The position numbers were made by a program, and so were the translations under genes. A stretch of 63,512 bases of DNA, the filler included, from Octopus bimaculoides (Eukaryota): the NCBI RefSeq assembly GCF_001194135.2. It is 6 parts of 6 records of this genome, joined end to end, with 100 filler letters (N's around TTAATTAATTAA, not from the genome) between each part and the next. Parts side by side here need not be neighbours in the genome. Positions count along the whole stretch, not along the records: positions 39,077 to 50,708 come from NC_068997.1; positions 50,809 to 53,314 come from NC_069006.1; positions 53,415 to 61,436 come from NC_068983.1; positions 61,537 to 63,512 come from NW_026301139.1; 2 more parts are not named here. One strand, given 5' to 3'. Shown here piece after piece: positions 48,869 through 63,414 of the stretch. The notes under the pieces were generated by a model. The model was given only the letters and a program-made list of their open reading frames with translations. It had not been told where the DNA came from and made no database searches. Each line of letters starts with the position of its first letter. The first letter of the stretch is position 1.

Positions 48869-50287
48869 GGGTTAGATTTTAACAAACATACTTGTATCAT
48901 ACCTACATTTTATATCAATTAACATGGTTTCAAGTTCAGTTCCACTGCATGGCATCTTGGGCAAGCGTCTTCTATATCCCTGGGCCAACCAAAGCCTTGT
49001 GTGGAAATTTGGAAGTAGCTTCCTTTGCTAATCTACCATGAAAACATGTCTGGTCAAGAGGAAATACTAATTTACTTGGAAACAGGTGAGGGTTGGTGAC
49101 AGGTGTGTGGGGCACAGAAAATCTGACCCATGCAAGCATAGCAAAGTGGATGTCAAATTGATGATGATATGTGTGTGTGTGTGTATTTATATAAGATAGT
49201 GGTGCAACAATATATGAATTTAAATAGTCGCTTTTATTATTAACATATTTTACTGTCCTGTTGCTCATTTCATAAAACATGAAATTTCTATGGGTCTCAC
49301 TAATTATAATCATCATCATTTTTTTCTTTTTACATTTTGAATTTAAGTTCCACTGGAGTCAATTTTAACATTCATCATAATTCCAGGGGTTGATAAAATA
49401 CCACCCAGATTAATTTGAGTACAAACTTCTATAAAACATGTGGCTTTGACTCAGAGATAGTAATCATAATGATGAGGAGGATGATGTCACTGAAAATTGA
49501 GTCTTTTAGATTCATTTGTGCCATTTTCCTGGCAATGATGTGGGACCAACATCTAGTTCTTTCATTGCTATTGAAGGAGATAGAAATGAGAAACAGATTT
49601 ATTGTGGTTAGACTATAAAAACAACTATTTCCACTAAAAAAGAGATTCTTCACATTCAGAATGTAAAGGCATCCAAGTGAAAGGTGTCAGCTGTATCTAC
49701 CAATCTTTAATTAGTTTCATAAACTTAATATATCAGTCTTTACTGTTGTAGACTGGTGTTTGGTCAGCCTCTAATCCAGTAGACCAAAAATCAAATCCAT
49801 CCATGACCATTGTAGCAGATCAGAGTAACCATTGCCGTTGGAGGTCACTACTGTTCTCACACTTCCATCATAGCATCAGTGAACCTCATTGTCAAGAGAT
49901 CCAACCTGTGTCTCTCCTCTCCCCCTGCCCATGTTCCTGATCTGAAAATGACTAGAGCTGATGTGTTGTTTCCTATTGCTTCTTTTGTTATGTAGTGGCA
50001 TTGATCCATTCCTCTTCTCATACAGCGCAAGCATTTAATGACATTTATATGTTGATGTTGTGGTTGCTTAGCCCCAGGTCAGCTCTGATCGAAAACATTG
50101 TAGTCAAACACACTCCAGCCACGACCATCCCTTCTCTTTGTATAGCTAACATTCTCTTCTCCGGTGTTTCCCTTTCTGTTTTTGAAGACAGTGGGTGTAG
50201 TTTGAAAGGGATTTAGCTGTTATTTAAAGCACATCTAGCTATCTTCTAGAAATCTTTATTGGTTTATTCATATATATATATATATAT

Positions 50288-50654
50288 TCTTTTATTCTTT
50301 TACTTGTTTCAGTCATTTGACTGCAGCCATACTGGAGCACTCTCTTGAAAAGTTTTAGTTGAACAAATCGATCCCTGGACTTATATATTTAAGTCCTTGT
50401 ACTTATTCTATCAGTCTCTTTTGCCAAACCGCTAAGTTATGAGGACGTAAACACAACAACACCAGTTGTCAAGTGGTGATAGGGGACAAACAGACACAAG
50501 CATGTATATATGTATATGACAGGCTTCTCTCAGTTTCCATCTACCAAATCTACTCACAAGGCTTTGGTCTGCCCAAGGCTATAATAGAAGACACTTGCCC
50601 AAGGTGCCATGCAGTTGGAAAGTAAGCTTCTTACCACACAGCCACACCTGCGCC

Positions 50655-50655
<1 letters not shown>
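50288..50655 (-). mobile_element. SINE family A, near full-length copy
   Basis: Reverse complement of 27616-28025 with a deletion in the head. Confidence 0.85.
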
Positions 50656-50708
<53 letters not shown>

Positions 50709-50909
50709 NNNNNNNNNNNNNNNNNNNNNNNNNNNNNNNNNNNNNNNNNNNNTTAATTAATTAANNNNNNNNNNNNNNNNNNNNNNNNNNNNNNNNNNNN
50801 NNNNNNNNTTTCCCGCGATCCCTTTTGATCCAAATCATCCCCCCCCCAAAAGCTCTACTTTGTAATTTGTCCATTTTCTGTATTTAGCCCTGTGTGGCTA
50901 TAATAAAAA

Positions 50910-50982
50910 GATATCTATCCATCTATCAATCCATCTTTCTATCCATCTATCTACCTACCTACCTACCTACCTACCTACCTAC

Positions 50983-51019
<37 letters not shown>

Positions 51020-51180
51020 CATCTATCAATCCATCTTTCTATCCATCTATCTATCTCTCTATCTATCTACCTACCTACCTACCTACCTACCTACCTACCT
51101 ACCTACTTATCTATCTATCCATCTATCAATCCATCTTTCTATCCATCTATCTATCTCTCTATTTATCTCTCTACTTACTA
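50910..51180. repeat. Compound (CTAT)n/(CTAC)n tetranucleotide array with higher-order duplication
   Basis: ccatctatcaatccatctttctatccatctat recurs three times between tetranucleotide tracts. Confidence 0.9.
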
Positions 51181-51214
51181 AGTCTATCTTTCTTATCAAA
51201 ATCTACATGTAAGT

Positions 51215-51345
51215 GCAGGCATGGCTGTGTGGTAAAAACTTTGCTTCCCAACCACAAAGTTCTAGGTTCAGTCCCACTGTGTGGCACCTTGGGCAAGTGT
51301 CTTCTACTATAACCTCAGGCTGACAAAAGCCTTATAAGTGGATGG
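51215..51345 (+). mobile_element. SINE family A head/body copy
   Basis: gcaggcatggctgtgtggtaa...ggttcagtcccactgtgtggcaccttgggcaagtgtcttctactata. Confidence 0.85.
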
Positions 51346-51662
51346 TGTTTTTAAGCCACTTAAAGACACAAAAAAAACCATTAGTTTCACTTCAACATTT
51401 AAATTTAATTTGTCAAAATATTTTCAGCGCTTGAAACCACAACCTGTTCACTGACAAATGTTGTAGTGAATCTAACAGTTTTTGTGTGTTTTTAAATGGC
51501 TTATAAGCACCTTCCACACTGCAATTGTTTTTGTTTCAGCACACGATCTCAGATCAGGTCACTTGCTATGCAAGTACATTTCCATAATATATAGTTATAA
51601 AGTTATAAGATTAGAGAAAAAGAAAAACTAATCAAAATATAGGTAGAAAATAAAGAAGTGGT

Positions 51663-51702
<40 letters not shown>

Positions 51703-52068
51703 NNNNNNNNNNNNNNNNNNNNNNNNNNNNNNNNNNNNNNNNNNNNNNNNNNNNNNNNNNNNNNNNNNNNNNNNNNNNNNNNNNNNNNNNNNNNNNNNNN
51801 NNNNNNNNNNNNNNNNNNNNNNNNNNNNNNNNNNNNNNNNNNNNNNNNNNNNNNNNNNNNNNNNNNNNNNNNNNNNNNNNNNNNNNNNNNNNNNNNNNNN
51901 NNNNNNNNNNNNNNNNNNNNNNNNNNNNNNNNNNNNNNNNNNNNNNNNNNNNNNNNNNNNNNNNNNNNNNNNNNNNNNNNNNNNNNNNNNNNNNNNNNNN
52001 NNNNNNNNNNNNNNNNNNNNNNNNNNNNNNNNNNNNNNNNNNNNNNNNNNNNNNNNNNNNNNNNNNNN

Positions 52069-52128
<60 letters not shown>

Positions 52129-52865
52129 TGGAGTAAGAAGTTGAAAAATGCTAACAGCATAAGATTTTATCTTGAAGTGAATTAAAATTTGTTTTCTGAC
52201 TCAATCAGGTAATCAAAATCTTCGATAATAAAAGAACTTGAAAATAACACTTGGATAAAAAAAAAAATTATTGAAATTGGAATTTGTAAGAATCTTCTAG
52301 ACAGTGTAAACTTTAATAACTGCTTTCTTATAGTAAAAGTTACATACTTACTAATAATAATAAGCAGTCTTCTTTGTTGAGCAGGTTTCTTCATGAGTGT
52401 TAGTTTATGTTCACTCCCACCCCCATCCATTAAATTTTGCATAGAACTACTCAGGTGCTAGACTTAGGAATTATAAATTTGCTAAATCAATTAAAACCTG
52501 CAACAGCATCAGTCCCATTTCACATCTCTGAGCTTGCCAACACAAAATAGAGCCAAACTACTCGTTAAGATGAAAGATAAGAAGATTTTAATTAAATTCA
52601 AGACAAACTCTATGGCATGTTTAGTGTTTTGGCATTTAAAACATTATAATTATCTGGTTAATTAATACCTAATAACATTTTTGATTAATGTTACTCAGTA
52701 CAATCATCTGTGTATTAATGAATTCGTTAAATTTAAAGACATTAACTTTTTTCAAGATTCCAATAAATTTTTACTTTTCTGACTTTTTCAATTTTGTCTC
52801 AAGGTTGTCTGCTTACTGCAAAAAATTATAATTTTTAGTATTGACCTTGTGCCAAAATTTGAACC

Positions 52866-52870
52866 CATTA

Positions 52871-52934
<64 letters not shown>

Positions 52935-53124
52935 CAGTATTATTATTATTAGATAGAGAGAAGAGTTCTTTACTTTTGTATACGATTGACACAATCCATC
53001 ACCAAGGTAAACATAGCTGACGTAACAAAAGTAAAGAACTCTTCTCTCTATCTATTACACTTCTGCTGAGTTACTTCAGTCCTTTATATAAACTAAAAAA
53101 AAAATATATTATTATTATTATTAT

Positions 53125-53177
<53 letters not shown>

Positions 53178-53220
53178 TTATTATTATTATCATTATTATT
53201 ATTATTATTATTATTATTAC
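52866..53220. repeat. (ATT)n and (ACT)n trinucleotide tracts
   Basis: Directly visible at 52866-52950 and 53108-53220. Confidence 0.95.
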
Positions 53221-53926
53221 CTCCACCTTAGCAAAGGCAGAGGTATTGTTTTCAATCGTGTTTGTTTGTTGTTTGTCCGTGGACAAGATATCTCAAGAAC
53301 TGCTGGATGGATTCNNNNNNNNNNNNNNNNNNNNNNNNNNNNNNNNNNNNNNNNNNNNTTAATTAATTAANNNNNNNNNNNNNNNNNNNNNNNNNNNNNN
53401 NNNNNNNNNNNNNNATATATATATATATATATATATATACGTGTGTGTGTGTTTGTGTTTTATTGTCCCCATCACCGCTTCACAACATGTGCTGGTGTGT
53501 TCACGCCTCTGTAAGTAAGTAAGTGCTTCAACAAAAGAGACGGACAAAACAAGTACCAGGCATTAAAGAAAAATTCAAAACGGAGATGGATTCCTCTGAC
53601 TGAGATTCTTCAAGGCAGTGTGTCCCAGCATGGCTAGAGTCCAATGATTTAAATAAGCCAAAAAAGAAAAAGAAGAAGAAAAGAAAAGAAAAGAATAAAG
53701 AACGCATTGCAAAGTGATGAATTATTAACGATGCATAATAAAACGAAGATAACCTGGATTAGTCGTGGCTAGAATGACACATAATTTATCAGGTCAATAA
53801 GGCCTGTTTTGAAGCAAACAACAACGATGTCTCAGATAATGTACCAATATTCTTTCTTAGAACACAATGCAGCCAACTCACGCACATATGTATATGAATA
53901 CGCACTTATGTATATATGAATGTACA

Positions 53927-54013
<87 letters not shown>

Positions 54014-54249
54014 ATATATATATATGCATAATTCATAATGATCTTAGAATATCTGAATGCCAATGCATTTCCTCTCTGATGCTTCGGGAAAGGATTTGCT
54101 ATTGAAATAGCTATACAATTGTGACGTTCACTACGCTTCACTCTTTTCATTCTCAATATTCTAAAAACTTGTTATTTGCTTCAATTTTCCTTTCTCTCTT
54201 TTGCACATGATCTGATAGGAGACAAATTAATTTTAAACTTATCTCCAGG

Positions 54250-54890
54250 TAGCGAGATGCCAGGCAAAATGTCTTGCGGAAATTCTCAATCTACGCTCTT
54301 AGTTCAGATTCCGGCAAGGTGATGATTGCTTTTAATCCTTACAGGGTTCATATAATCGATTAGCCCATCCCACCAAATTTTAATCCTTGTGCCTATAGTA
54401 GAAAGAAAGTTTAACATATCTCCTCGTTAGCAATGCTATCGCTACGAGCGTTTGTCTCTGCTTTGTCGATTTAAAATTTCTAAACTTCAAAGACTGGGAA
54501 TACATTAGATTATCTCCCAGTTTTATGTGTTCTGTTTTTTTTTGGGGGGGGGGCATCAACCACTAATTGATATATGAATCCTGTTTGTTTAGTAAATATA
54601 AATGCTCTTTATTAAAATTCGATTCACCTGGCAAAATGCTTAGCAGCATTACGTCCGTAGTTGGTTTGTGAGTTCAAATTCCACCGAGGTTGACTTTGCC
54701 TTACATCCTTTCCATGCCGATAAAATTATTACCAGTTGAGCATTAGGGTCGATGTAATAGACTTACCCGATTCTCCGAAATTACTGGCCATGATTTGAAA
54801 TCATTGTTACCGTTCGATGAAATAAGTACCAATTTTGTACCTAGGTCGATTTAAACGTCTATCCCCACCCACCATAGTAGAAAGGTTTAT
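54250..54890 (+). mobile_element. Degenerate tandem SINE family B fragments
   Basis: ggcaaaatg..ttagc...gagttcaaattccaccgaggttgactttgcc at 54630-54720, plus further partial tails. Confidence 0.7.
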
Positions 54891-55179
54891 TACTGATCAC
54901 TTACAAAGCAAACAATTCTTCAGTATTCTTTGAGAATGTCTGTTGTTGATATTCTCAGGTGCAAACCAAATCGAGTGATTTATTTTATGGGACTCGCAAC
55001 TTCAGCCGTGAATCCATAAAAAATATTTATTTGTTGGGAAATTAAAGTTTCCCAGCAGTTCTGATACCACTTGTTGTTACATCACAGCAAATATCATTAA
55101 TATTTTCCAATGTGTTCTTGATATTAGAGTCTGTAAGATTGATTGCATTTCTCCCATTGTTTTTACATCTTCCCTGAAT

Positions 55180-55480
55180 AAATCGTGAACCAGACTTCAA
55201 ATAAATATTTAGTAAACTAGAATTTTTTTTTTATTAATATATTTTTTTACACGCTGGTATGGAATACTTGCAGAATCCTTTAAGAGAGTATGTGATTTCT
55301 GATGGATAAATCAATACTGGTTTTAATTTTAATCCAGCAATAGCATTTTCTTCCAATAAAAGTGTCAGACAATCAGTAGCCACTTTGAACTTAAGTTGCA
55401 ATTTTTCTTTCTTCGCCATTTATTAAGCATTCATTTCAAAAACAACGTCGTGTCGTAAACATTTCGAAAACGAGATATTT
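55180..55480 (-). mobile_element. pogo/Tigger-like transposase remnant
   Basis: FKVATDCLTLLLEENAIAGLKLKPVLIYPSE resembles the DDE_1 motif FK..KDRLTLLL..NA.G..KLKP..IY.SE. Confidence 0.75.
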
Positions 55481-56034
55481 CGTTGCTACTCCATCTTTCG
55501 CACTTTCTCTTTCCAGTATTGTTTTCTCGTCTTCTCGACATTACATCATCCGAATTTTCAGAGAAAATATTTCGTTAGCTTTGTTTTTGTTTTCTACTTT
55601 TCGTTAGTTACGAACTTCTGCAAACAGGCGATAGCCATTTTTTTCTTTTATTTGACTTGTATCTTTGACTCAAAGAAATGCGCCTTTGTGTGCAATATTC
55701 AATCTCATATAAAAAGAATATTTTTTGTTTCACTCAGGGCAGCATATCTTAGTGTCGTTTGAAAATTACATGAAATGTCAGCACATTTTCTGTATAAACT
55801 TTCATGTTCTAAATCATATTACATCTAACCTCGTATGATCGTAAGATAGCAGTTACGATTCCCTGAATGGGTAAGGATTTGTGTTTTTGAGCCAAACGCT
55901 TTATTTTAAGTTGCTCCAGAGTGCTTAGCTGGTAGGAATTAGTAACTCTGCGTCGGGTGGGCGTCCTGTCCAATGGGGCAATATATACACAAAAGACCGG
56001 GGCTTTGGAAGGATATTTGATCCTTTTATATATG

Positions 56035-56095
<61 letters not shown>

Positions 56096-56559
56096 CTGGG
56101 TGTGTGTGTGTTTGTACGTTCACGCATCACACACACACACACACGCATTGAAAAAATAAGAAGAGGAAATTGCTTAAAGACATTCATCATTGAATGCAGA
56201 AAGACAAAATGGATACTTTTAACTAAGCAGTTACCAACCAGTTTCGGTCACTTGATAGGTATACTTCTTATTGGAATGAAATGGATTTTTAAAAAAAATG
56301 AAATGAATTCGATTACGCTTTTATAATGTAAGTTCTGGAAGGACACGATATACAGTATGATGTGATCTTTATAGGAGTAATATGTCAACTTCCAGAACTG
56401 ATGTGAAAGCTTCATTTAATTTCAGTTGTTTTTTTTTTCTATTTTGTACCAGCCTGAAACCTAGAGTAGAATACATATATCAGATGAGGGTGGCGTGATG
56501 CCACTTCCCATTTTTGAACAGGGACTAGGGTTTCATTTAAATAACTATGTAAAGCTCCT

Positions 56560-56940
56560 GGACACTGGTCAAAATCTACATGTAATAGGTTGCTAGTGGA
56601 AGACCTTATGTGTGACTGCAGGATTAGGCTAACTGGTAGACCTCCTGAAAGTACCGGAAGGGTTGTCAGAGAATTTCTACATCACTTGCCCTGATTTGTA
56701 TCCGCTTAATTCCCTCATGGATTATAATAATCCCATGGATTATAATAATCCCATGTATTACTATGTGTGGGGCACGGCTGAGAAAGATACCAATCTTTCC
56801 GATGACCCAGGTGCAACTGAAGGAGAACGTCTATAGAATAATCAGAGAAGTGGGTTCGGAAACTGTTAAGGGTGTTATGTGGTGCACGTTTTGGAAAGAG
56901 CATTGGCATGCGAAGACGAAAATGGCTGTCATTTGATATA
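56560..56940 (+). mobile_element. maT/DD37D-like transposase remnant
   Basis: VASGRPYV*LQD... and LSENFY...NPM(D/Y)YYVWGTAEKDTN. A 15-bp tandem duplication sits inside the PDLNPMDY motif. Confidence 0.7.
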
Positions 56941-59199
56941 TGTCATTTATCATATGCAATGTAGTTGTGTTGCAAAATTTAACTTGCGCACATTAATTTC
57001 CATTATGTCTTTTATATTGTATCAAAAGTGCAGGTATTTATTTGTAAATGTATAGAAGTTATTAAGAATTAAAACCCTTGAGTGACTTTTGGGACAGACT
57101 GTACAATTCTCTACAAACACCTCATACTTCGATATATGGTGGAAAACAAAATTTTACTTAGACTAACTAACAGTAGTATTTTATTTTTACTTTGCTACGC
57201 TCTTTTGCTTAAATCGCGTGCTGGATTTCAGATTAATAATATAAATTAAAACCTCCCCAAAATTACGAAAATATGAAATGAGTTTGTAAAGCGTAGAGTG
57301 ACGTGAATACTGACGCTTTATTTAACACTATTCTGAACTTCGTGTCAGTGTGTGTTTACGTGCATATGAGAAACATATAAAGAATGAGAAAAGGAGTGGA
57401 AAAGGAGACAGTAATCACACACTAATTATGGCCATTTAATGGGAATGGTTACTGCATTATGTGATTTCCTGATATAGAGCAGGACTTTTTAATCCAAATC
57501 AATTTTTGATGATCTCCAGAAAGAGATTCCTTTGGAGGGCTAAAGAAGTGATATATATTCCTATGGCAAATCTACAGTCTGACGTTTTGGATCTTCCTCT
57601 TCCTTTAGAACCCAACTTAGAAGCAAAATAAAGAAAACAAGAAGCATCTGGATTTGTCGTTTGCGTTGTGTTCGGCCCTCTTCTTCTTTCATCATTATCC
57701 GATCAATGAACACAATGAGGTATAGTGACAGTCAATGATATGTATTAAAATATACCGGTATACGCAACTGAAACTGTATTGAATTCGGAATATCACTGAA
57801 TGTATTATTCACAGATACCTATATATCCAAGAAAACAAAATTCATTTAGGCATGCAACTGAGCATATATGTCATTGACAAGGCGCATAGAGGCCGAAATG
57901 CAATTGAAGATCTGGCTAGTTGCTGTCGGGATGATTGTTTTGTCTCCCTTCCATATATACTGTTTTTAATACATGCCTTTAAGAAATTTTATTATGGACA
58001 GAAACAGCAGTGTCTTGCTTATCAACGTTGTACATACATAATGTATGATACATAGCTGGTATGTTTTGTATTGGATATTTATTTCCCTTTCCGGTTTCAC
58101 TCTTAGTGCACATTCCGATTGTAACAAATCATTATTAGGATCATATATATTGTTTCTAACAAAATACACACACACACTCATGCGCACGCACACGCACACA
58201 CACACACATATATATACTGCGGCAGCGAACAATATATATACATATATATATAATGAGTAGTGCAACACAATAAATGTTTTACATTTATTCTACGTTTAAG
58301 ATTCGTTTTGCTACGTGAAGATCGACTTATCCACTATCTCTTGCGAGATGCCTGGAATGGCTAACAAAGTGCAGCGTTCGACGTGAATAATTAAAAGTAT
58401 CCAAAATGGTGCATGAGCATGTTTGTGGATCAGTAATTGAATCCTGTAACTAAAATGAAATATATGAATTTTCAGTCAAGTTGAAGTTATTGTTGACTAC
58501 AGTTGTAAACTTCTTGCTTGAAAGTCATTCTATGATGGGTGGGGATAGACATTTAAATCGACCTAAGTACAAAATTGGTACTTATTTCATCGAACGGTAA
58601 CAATGATTTCAAATCAAGGCCAGTAATTTCGGAGAATCGGGTAAGTCTATTACATCGACCCTAATTCTAGAATCTTGTGAAACTACAGTATCTAAATTGT
58701 TCATTCTTTCGTTAAAATGGTAGATATTGATACTGCTAAAGTGCCAAGAGAACACATAGAACATACGCATTGACCCGATGAGAAATTGGTTTCGTAAAGC
58801 TCTATTTACCAAGACCAGTACTATATTATTGTAGCCGGGAGATAGACTGAGGATTTGACAATGCGGCGATATATGTCAAGGAGATGTCATGTGGTACTAT
58901 GGAGTGCACTGGTTCTTGAGAGATGTGATATTTCCTAGAAATATAATGCTTAATCCATGTAACATATTTGTGTTTGAAGGCCATTTCAAAGAAATCCTCG
59001 TCGAATTTAGAATACGTATTAGACACTGTGTTACCTGTGAGATGACGCATGATCGATAATACTCTATCATCTAATATGATTCCAATGAATAAATTCTCTC
59101 TTCACCAAGTAATATCCAAGGAAAATAACGAAGAGGCACTCGAATGTTAACAAAAAGGCCAGGAAGAATTTAAGAAATCAATGAATGATATATCTCTTT

Positions 59200-60110
59200 T
59201 TATTGTTTACGACTTCTTGCCAGCGTTTCACTTAATTCTGAATGTTTGGGGGTTGAAAACTCCGGTCGAATCAAGGAATTTCTCAAGCTATGTTTCCCGG
59301 CTCACATCGTTGTTAAACGAAATACTGTTGGAGAGCAACCATAAAAGATGACTATCTTAAAGTTCTATATCGGGAGAATACGATGTGTGTAGTAGAAATT
59401 TCCAATCAAGCTCTTCAAGAACGTTTTTGGTCAATTACTGAACGTAAATCTCTCCATTGAGTGTGCCATTTCTTTCAAACATTTGATAGTAGATTAAATA
59501 CAAATCTGACTTGACTTGAAGTGCTGCTTCTCGTGACCTTACCTGTCTTTCTGTTGCTTCATATTGACGTAAGATCGCCATTTTTTATAATTGAAGCGGT
59601 AAAGAAATATTCATTTGCGATCAAACAAGCCGGCGATACATTCACTACAGTTTTGTCTCTTTCCTTCAGAGCTTTCGATGTTTATGCACCCTACTCATCA
59701 AGCATAGATGACATGACAAGCGATTATATCATGACGGCATCCCATTTCAGGGGCTTATTCCCTTGTGAACTACTACGTATCCTCATTAAACTGAACAGAT
59801 TGGCCGGAACGCGGAGAGTCTGCAAGGTGGAGTTTATCTGCATTAAATAAATAGTAGTAACTATTTCTGTCCAGATCTTATAGTAACAGCACCTTTTCCG
59901 TATATACCACACATGTTTCGACCGACTATGACAGTTCTCCCAGCTTCATTGAATATGAAGTGATGCACGTGTAGAAACTGTTCATTGTTTTCCATTTGAC
60001 ATCCAATTGTCATGTCTGAAAAGAGGTAAAACATTCCTTCAAATATCATAAGCAGTAAACGGAAGTTATAAAGGAAGCATAGGAGTTCGCTTCGAAAAGT
60101 CATGAAATAC
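59200..60110 (-). mobile_element. Old mariner transposase remnant
   Basis: MCGIYGKGAVTIRSGQK..., DSPRSGQ and LEELDWKFLLHTSYSPDI..DSHL in shifting frames. Confidence 0.75.
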
Positions 60111-60129
60111 CATCTTTTATCTATTATCT

Positions 60130-60363
60130 TTTATTTGTTTCAGCCATTTGACTGCGGCCATGCTGGAGAAAAGCCTTGAAGGGTTTTTGGCCCAATAAAT
60201 CCAACCAAGGACTTATTATGTTTTTGAAGTCTTGTACTTCTTCTATCGGTACCTTCTTGCCAAACCAATACGTTACAGAGGTACACACGCCAACAACGGT
60301 TTCAAGCGGGGCGAGGGGGGGGGGAGCAAACAGACAGTCAGACAGACACGCACATTTATCCCC

Positions 60364-60403
<40 letters not shown>

Positions 60404-60690
60404 GTATACATGTTATGTCTCAAGCTACTGCTATCTAGCACTTTCGGATGATCTCTACTCAACTGCAACACGACGGCTACTCCAGAGCTACTCAACTCCC
60501 CTTACCACGGCCAGACTACCTTTATTTATATGTCTTGGGCGATCCTACTTCTTCGTTTGGGGACGTCGACACAACAATACATGACGAGCTTCTTTCTGTT
60601 TTTGTCTGCTAAATCAACTATAGTAGGAGCTATAGTAGGAGACGCTAGTCCAAGTTGTTTCGCAGTGGGACTGAACCCAGAACCACTACG
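60130..60690 (-). mobile_element. SINE family A fragments (tail 60130-60300, head 60580-60690)
   Basis: gccatttgactgcggccatgctgg tail and cagtgggactgaaccc head, with unrelated sequence between. Confidence 0.7.
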
Positions 60691-62147
60691 ATAAAAGTAC
60701 TTTCCGTGTTCATTCAGATAACATTATCAAGACACGACACGAATCAATTTATCTGAGAATCCAAAACATTGGATTAAATATAAAATAACAGAGAGCATTT
60801 TATGCACAGAAATCCAAATAGTTTAAGTGTCTGTTGCAAGTACATAAGCGACCTCATTTTGAAACTTAAATATATTATAAAAATGCAAAATGACAACACG
60901 GACATAAACTTGGTGAAGTTGGGATATTTGCGTCGTTGTTTACAGATAATTATCATTAACTGACTTTACATCCGTAATAATATGTAGCATCTTGTTTGAC
61001 AAATATCTGTCATAATTCACCACTGACGATGAAGGAGTGAACAGTTGTCGCCAATGCTGTTAATTTCACATAGGAAGCTCGAAAACATTGTGGTGCATAT
61101 TGGGTATGTACAATTTTGACTTAAATTTCTCTTCATAGTATTGCATTAGAATGTCAGCAGTAGTACACTGTTTGCCAATATATATGTATATATATGTATC
61201 TCGCCTTACCCCTCTTGTTCTTCCTCTGTTACTACTACGTATCTCCTTTTCCCCCTCGTATTTCCTCTCTTTCTCTTTTCCTCTCGTTGCTCACCATTCT
61301 TCTACTTCCTCCCTCTCTTTCTCCCTCTACCACTCTCTCTCTTCCCTTTACACCGGCATGGTCACATGCTTCCGGTCAATAATCCTTTCCTTCCTTGGCT
61401 TTCGCTAAGTAACACACGCTACCACTTTGTCTCTCTNNNNNNNNNNNNNNNNNNNNNNNNNNNNNNNNNNNNNNNNNNNNTTAATTAATTAANNNNNNNN
61501 NNNNNNNNNNNNNNNNNNNNNNNNNNNNNNNNNNNNGATCTGAAGATTTGATTTATTTAATTCTTAACTTACGCAAACAATGCATAATGGGAGGCAGTTT
61601 TACCGTCTCTGTCCCTCATGTCTAAATCAGCTCCGGACTTTATCAAGAAATTTATCAAATCTGTGTTGCCCAGTCGACAGGCAACCATCAGATATGTGAG
61701 ACCCCATGAATTGGTTTTGTTGATCTGAAATGAAGAAAGGGAAGGCACGTGAAATATATTAAAGGAAAAGGGAGAAAGAAAGAGCGGGGAAGAGAAAAGA
61801 GTTTAAAAATGAGCAGCAAAGACAAACGGACGCATGCACACTAACATCAGATCAAGTGAGGACTTGATTCCTACGGGACACCATTAGTATCTCCATGGGT
61901 TTGACAACTTCTGCAAAAGAAATGGTGGAACTGTCTTGACGTCCGTAAAACCTTCAACTGTTTGTAGCAAGAGAACGTCTTGACAAAGTCACCATCCATT
62001 TATTGACTCCATCTGTCCTTCATCTCTTGGATTGAATATTTCCTGCCAGAATACTCCATTGCAGTGTGTGATGATGGGCTTCCCTCTCGCTCACATTCCG
62101 TCGATTGACATGCTTCAAAGTTTGGTTAAGTATTTATAAAATCTAAT

Positions 62148-62566
62148 TGTTGTTGGCACTCTCTCGATAACAACCTCGAGGGTTCCAGTTGATCTGATCA
62201 ACGGAACAGCCTGCTGGTGAAATTAATGTGCAAGTGGATGAGCACTCCACAGACACGTGTACCCTTAACATAGTTCTCGGGGGGTATTCAGCGTGACACA
62301 GAGTGTGACAAGGCTGACCCCTTTGGATTACAGGTACAACAGAAACAGGAAGAAAGTTGTGGAAGAGTACAGCAGGGTTCGCCACCCATCCCCTGCCGGA
62401 GCCTCGTGGTGCTTTTAGGTGTTTTCGCTCAATAAACACTCACAACACCCGGTCTGGGAANNNNNNNNNNCTCAATAAACACTCACAACACCCGGTCTGG
62501 GAATCGAAACTGTGATCCTGCGACCGCGAGTCCGCTGCCCTAACCACTGGGCCATTGCACCTCCAC
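62148..62566 (-). mobile_element. SINE family C, full-length copy with 13-bp TSD
   Basis: tataaaatctaat at 62135-62147 and 62567-62579. Same sequence as 28403-28785. Contains a small gap with duplicated flanks. Confidence 0.92.
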
Positions 62567-63414
62567 TATAAAATCTAATGAAAGTTGTGAAGAAAGAAAT
62601 GAAATATGATGGACAAATACCTGTTTAGTTACGAATATTTAATATTGTGTGTAAAATAACAAACAAATAAGTAACTTTGAGAAAACAATAAACAGAACAA
62701 CTTACTTTCCGTGGATTTTGTTTAATATATTCTTGAATGTATTGAGTGTCACCACGCCAAATTTTACTTATATTCTTATCAACTTCCATCTTTTAAATGA
62801 AATATGCTAGGAAAAAAAAATCGTTTCAAAGCCTTATAAAATGAGGTAAACAACAATATAAAGAAATCTGAAATCTCTCAGGAAATTACATAATATTGGA
62901 AACTTCAATTTTTCTAAATTATTATTTATATCTGAATGTTCTTCCTGGCACTAACAAACCTAACAACAGTCATTATGTTGTGTCTCTTGGTCAGCTACAT
63001 TACTCTGCTTATTACAGTCTGACTGGTGAAAATTAAACCCTGAATATTGGAATGTACAGTCTGTTGGTCAGGCAGGTGGAGACCCTGTTTGTCTTGAGCT
63101 ATGGAATCTGTGGTCCATACCTCAGCCAGATAAAGACACTGTATAGATCTGGTACAGATCTGGTATAGATCTGTGAAGATACTCTATCTCTTAAGCTGTG
63201 GATGTATGGATCTTATCTTGTTATATTCAACTCATTGATTATGGGCCGCAGGTGTGTTTGATCAGAACTTACCTGGAGCTACTCAGCAACAAATTCCAAC
63301 ATCTCAAAAGTGATGGAAATTTGGTTGTCATAAACAACCGAATTCTTTATCAATTTCGATGTCATTTAACACGAACAAGTCAATGTAGAAGAAATATATA
63401 TTCTTTTCTACTTT

